In this document: one piece after another, positions 60,691 to 64,000 of the stretch | How positions within the stretch are numbered: the stretch's first letter is position 1 | How the letters are laid out: every line of letters starts with the position of its first letter | NCBI GenBank assembly: GCA_017302035.1 | Contig: JAFLEA010000002.1 | Coordinates: forward strand, 14,011-78,010 | DNA: 64,000 nt | Source: Lysobacterales bacterium | GTDB lineage: Bacteria; Pseudomonadota; Gammaproteobacteria; Xanthomonadales; Xanthomonadaceae | Direction: 5' to 3' | Program-made: the position numbers and the translations under genes | The notes under the pieces: generated by a model | What the model was told of the DNA's origin: nothing | Seen by the model: only the letters and a program-made list of their open reading frames with translations | Database searches by the model: none

Positions 60691-61830
60691 ATGGAAACCC
60701 CCTCGATCAGTCCAGGCGCGGCCCGCGAGCGCCAACGGCATGGTGCGGTGCTGGTCGACATCCGCGAGGCGCACGAGCGTGCCGCCGGTCAGGCCGAAGG
60801 GGCGCTGGCCATCGCCCGCGACGAACTGCAGGCCGATCCGGGCCGCTACCTGCCCGATGAGGACGCCGAAATACTGCTTGTTTGCCAACTGGGCAGGCGT
60901 TCCCAGGACGCGGCCGCGGCGTTGCGTGCGGCCGGCTACCGCAACGTGCGCTCGGTGGAGGGCGGTACCGCACGCTGGGCCGAGGAAGGACTGCCGCTGG
61001 TGCGGCCCGAACTGGACCCGGACGCGGCCGATTTCCTGGAACGCTATTCGCGCCACCTGCGCCTGCCGGGCGTGGGCATGGAAGGGCAGCGCAAGCTGGA
61101 GCGATCGCGGGTGCTGCTCGCCGGCGCGGGCGGGCTGGGCTCGCCGGCGGCGTTCTACCTGGCGGCCGCCGGCGTCGGCCACCTGCGCCTGGTGGACGAC
61201 GACACGGTGGACCGCAGCAACCTGCAGCGGCAGATCCTGCATGTGGAGCAGGCCATCGGCACGCCCAAGGTCGAATCGGCGCGGGCGCGGCTGGAGGCCC
61301 TCAACCCGCGCGTACGGGTCGAGGCGGTACCGCAGCGGATCGATCCGGGCAACGTCGAGGCAGTGCTGGACGGGATGGACGTCGTGATCGACGGCTCGGA
61401 CAACTTCCCGCTGCGCTACCTGCTCAACGACGCCTGCGTGAAGCTGGGCAAGCCACTGGTGTACGGCGCAGTGCAGCGCTTCACCGGCCAGGCCAGCGTG
61501 TTCGATGCCGGCCGCCACCGCGGTCGCTGCCCGTGCTATCGCTGCCTGTTCCCGGAGCCGCCGCCGCCGGAATTCGCCCCCAACTGCGCCGATGCCGGCG
61601 TGTTCGGGGTGTTGCCGGGGATCGTCGGCCTGCTCCAGGCCACCGAGGCGATCAAGCTGCTGCTGGATCTGGGCGAGCCACTGGCCGGGCGCCTGCTGCA
61701 GTTCGATGCACTGGGCATGCGCTTCCGCGAGACCCGCCTGGCGCCGGACCCGGACTGCCTGGTCTGTGCGCCCGGACGACCGTTCCCAGGCTACATCGAC
61801 TACGCTGCATTCTGCGCCAGCGGCGGCTGA
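60691..61830 (+). CDS. moeB: Molybdopterin-synthase adenylyltransferase (MoeB/ThiF E1-like) with an N-terminal rhodanese domain
   Basis: The rhodanese part VLVDIRE...LLVCQLGRRS (CX4RS active loop)...GGTARW is followed by RYSRHL.LP..G..GQ.KL..S.VL..GAGGLGSP...YLAAAGVG.L.LVD.D.V..SNLQRQ. The Zn motifs CPCYRC and CLVC are present. Confidence 0.85.
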   Translation: METPSISPGAARERQRHGAVLVDIREAHERAAGQAEGALAIARDELQADPGRYLPDEDAEILLVCQLGRRSQDAAAALRAAGYRNVRSVEGGTARWAEEGLPLVRPELDPDAADFLERYSRHLRLPGVGMEGQRKLERSRVLLAGAGGLGSPAAFYLAAAGVGHLRLVDDDTVDRSNLQRQILHVEQAIGTPKVESARARLEALNPRVRVEAVPQRIDPGNVEAVLDGMDVVIDGSDNFPLRYLLNDACVKLGKPLVYGAVQRFTGQASVFDAGRHRGRCPCYRCLFPEPPPPEFAPNCADAGVFGVLPGIVGLLQATEAIKLLLDLGEPLAGRLLQFDALGMRFRETRLAPDPDCLVCAPGRPFPGYIDYAAFCASGG

Positions 61831-61903
61831 CGCTGCCACGCGGCCCGGCAGGGGCCGTCATCGACGACAAGGACGCCGGCGCCGCGCCGGCCCGGGGAGG
61901 CTC

Positions 61904-63751
61904 ATGGCGGTCGAAGGCAGCACCGGCGGCGAACTGGTCCGGGTCGTGGCCCTGCTCGGCGCGGCGGTGGTGATGGTGCCGATCTTCCGCCGCCTCGGTC
62001 TGGGCTCGGTACTGGGCTACCTGTGTGCGGGCCTGCTGATCGGTCCGTTCGGGCTGGGCTGGTTCACCGATCCGCAGGCGATCCTGCACGTGGCCGAGCT
62101 GGGCGTGGTCATGTTCCTGTTCGTGATCGGCCTGGAGATGCGGCCCTCGCACCTGTGGGGCCTGCGCCGGGAGATCTTCGGCCTGGGCACGCTGCAGATC
62201 GCCGCCTGCACGGCGGCGCTGACGGGAGTGGCGATGCTCCTGGGCCTGGCGCCGCGGATCGCGTTCGTGGGCGCGGCCGGTTTCGTCCTGACCTCCACCG
62301 CGATCGTCATGCAACTGCTCAGCGAACGCGGCGACATCGCCCTGCCGCGCGGGCAGAGGATCGTCTCGATCCTGTTGTTCGAGGACCTGATGATCGTGCC
62401 GCTGCTGGCGCTGGTGGCGTTCATGTCGCCGCTGCCGCAGGCGGCCGACGGAGGCCGCCTGGCGGGCGTGCTCACCGCCGTGGCCGCATTGGCCGGGCTG
62501 GTGGCCGCCGGCGTCTGGCTGCTCAACCCGTTGTTCCGGCTGCTGGCGCGGGCGCGGGCGCGCGAGGTGATGACCGCCGCGGCGTTGCTGGTGGTGCTGG
62601 GGGCGGCGCTGCTGATGGAGATCGGCGGGCTGTCGATGGCGATGGGTGCGTTCCTGGCCGGGGTGCTGCTGTCCGAGTCGACCTTCCGCCACCAGCTGGA
62701 GGCCGACATCGAGCCGTTCCGCGGGCTGCTCCTGGGCCTGTTCTTTCTCGGCGTAGGCATGGCCTTGGACCTGGCAGTGGTGGCGGCCAACTGGCCGCTG
62801 ATCCTGGCCGGGGTGCTGGCGATGATGCTGGCCAAGGCGCTGTGCATCTACCTGGTCGCGCGGGCCACCCGCAGCGGCCATGCCGAGGCGCTGGACCGTG
62901 CGGTGCTGATGGCGCAGGGCGGTGAATTCGCCTTCGTCCTGTTCTCGGCGGCGCAGGCGGCGGGGGTGATCGACGGGACCGCGAACGCCAACCTGACCGC
63001 GGTCGTGGTCCTGTCGATGGCGTTTACCCCGCTGGCGGTGCTGGCCGTGCGCCGCTTCGTCCGCCAGGAGGCGGCCGGATCGATGGACGGGATCGAGGTG
63101 GCCGACGGCCTGTCCGGCAGCGTGCTGATCATTGGTTTTGGCCGTTTCGGCCAGGTGACCAGCCAGGCACTGCTCGCCCGCGACGTGGACGTGACCATCA
63201 TCGACACCGACATCGAGATGATCCGCAGCGCCGCCGAGTTCGGTTTCAAGGTGTATTACGGCGACGGCGGGCGGCTGGACGTGCTGCACGCCTCCGGCGC
63301 CGGCTCCGCGCGGGCGATTGCGGTGTGCGTCGACGACCGCACCGCGGCCAGCCAGATCGCCGGGCTGTGCCGTGGCCAGTTCCCGCAGGCGCGGCTGCTG
63401 GTGCGCGCGTTCGACCGCGAGCATGCGCTGGAACTGGTGGGCTTGGACGTGGACTACCAGATCCGCGAGACGTTCGAGTCTGCGGTGCGCTTCGGCCAGG
63501 CGGCGCTGGAGGCGCTGGGCATCGACCCGGACGAGGCTGCGCAGGTATCGGAGGAGGTGCGCCGGATGGACGGCGAGCGCTTCGCGCTGGAGGTCGCCGC
63601 CGGGGACGTGCGCGCCGGGCGCTCGCTGATCATCGGCAACACTGCACCGGCCACGCCGACGCCGTTCACCGTGCCGCGACGCGAGTCGAAGCGCCTGGAC
63701 CGGGAGGGTGTGGCGGACGATCCCGCCCCGACGGGGACGCCGGACGCCTGA
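61904..63751 (+). CDS. Glutathione-regulated K+ efflux antiporter (KefB/KefC family) with a C-terminal RCK/KTN domain
   Basis: It has a CPA2 membrane domain (LGSVLGYLCAGLLIGPFGLG...AELGVVMFLFVIGLE) and a KTN domain (VLIIGFGRFGQ). ATG 61904 was chosen. Confidence 0.88.
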   Translation: MAVEGSTGGELVRVVALLGAAVVMVPIFRRLGLGSVLGYLCAGLLIGPFGLGWFTDPQAILHVAELGVVMFLFVIGLEMRPSHLWGLRREIFGLGTLQIAACTAALTGVAMLLGLAPRIAFVGAAGFVLTSTAIVMQLLSERGDIALPRGQRIVSILLFEDLMIVPLLALVAFMSPLPQAADGGRLAGVLTAVAALAGLVAAGVWLLNPLFRLLARARAREVMTAAALLVVLGAALLMEIGGLSMAMGAFLAGVLLSESTFRHQLEADIEPFRGLLLGLFFLGVGMALDLAVVAANWPLILAGVLAMMLAKALCIYLVARATRSGHAEALDRAVLMAQGGEFAFVLFSAAQAAGVIDGTANANLTAVVVLSMAFTPLAVLAVRRFVRQEAAGSMDGIEVADGLSGSVLIIGFGRFGQVTSQALLARDVDVTIIDTDIEMIRSAAEFGFKVYYGDGGRLDVLHASGAGSARAIAVCVDDRTAASQIAGLCRGQFPQARLLVRAFDREHALELVGLDVDYQIRETFESAVRFGQAALEALGIDPDEAAQVSEEVRRMDGERFALEVAAGDVRAGRSLIIGNTAPATPTPFTVPRRESKRLDREGVADDPAPTGTPDA

Positions 63752-63817
63752 GCGCGACCGGCGAGTCCGGGCGCCGCGGGCCGGTTCCCGTCCGTCCCGG
63801 TCCGGTCCGTTCCCGGC

Positions 63818-64000
63818 TCAGCGCATGTCCGGGCGCATGAACCGGGTCAGCGCCTGGCCGTAGCCCGGATCATCGGCCAGGTCGACATGGCCGCGCTCCG
63901 GGAAGTCGACCACCTGGGCCGGCGTCGGCAGTGCCTCGAGCAGGCGGTCGGTGTTGCGCGCCGGCACGATCGTGTCCTTGCCCGCGCGCAGCACCAGCAC
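63818..64000 (-). CDS. C-terminal end of a probable alpha/beta-hydrolase; the gene continues past the right window edge
   Basis: The tail ...LVLRAGKDTIVPARNTDRLLEALP....VVDFPERGH.... resembles the catalytic-His region of alpha/beta hydrolases. Only 60 codons are visible. Confidence 0.4.
   Translation of the reverse strand: MLVLRAGKDTIVPARNTDRLLEALPTPAQVVDFPERGHVDLADDPGYGQALTRFMRPDMR

Overview
This is a high-GC gammaproteobacterial chromosome segment whose gene content and order look Xanthomonadales/Lysobacterales-like; that taxon call is inference only. Most of the window (about 4.85-64 kb) is densely packed core housekeeping. In order it carries:
- rnd, an FGE/SUMF1-domain protein, an M48 peptidase, and phaR-phaB-gluQ.
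- htpX, an M14 peptidase-EEP pair, a POT peptide transporter plus a rhomboid protease, cfa, dcp, gpx, fpr, and a PQQ sugar dehydrogenase with two monoheme cytochromes c.
- An MdtABC-like RND operon, then an aguA-aguB-GNAT-TraB operon.
- A YkgO-type L36 gene that is missing from the ORF track.
- cmk-rpsA-ihfB-lapA-lapB-wbpL-wbpM-galU, then TetR-fadB-fadA.
- ndk-rlmN-pilW-rodZ-yfgM-bamB-der, a rhodanese-MoeB fusion, and kefB/C.

The only clearly accessory part is the left 4.75 kb. It is visibly more A/T-rich and abuts the 3' end of tRNA-Ala(CGC). It carries a compact restriction-modification module (HTH-fused C5 methyltransferase, Vsr, and a candidate restriction endonuclease cut by the window edge), plus RadC-like, ankyrin-repeat and unassignable ORFs. 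No integrase is visible.

The most interesting non-genic signal is a family of roughly 110-nt imperfect palindromic intergenic repeats, with three clear copies. Smaller regulatory curiosities include a PsrA-type box on the TetR start codon, a terminator-like hairpin in the ndk leader, and a large perfect inverted repeat after the M48 gene.

I found no CRISPR array, no rRNA, and no convincing wholly novel multi-gene system. The many long ORFs antisense to recognised genes are GC-driven shadow ORFs.
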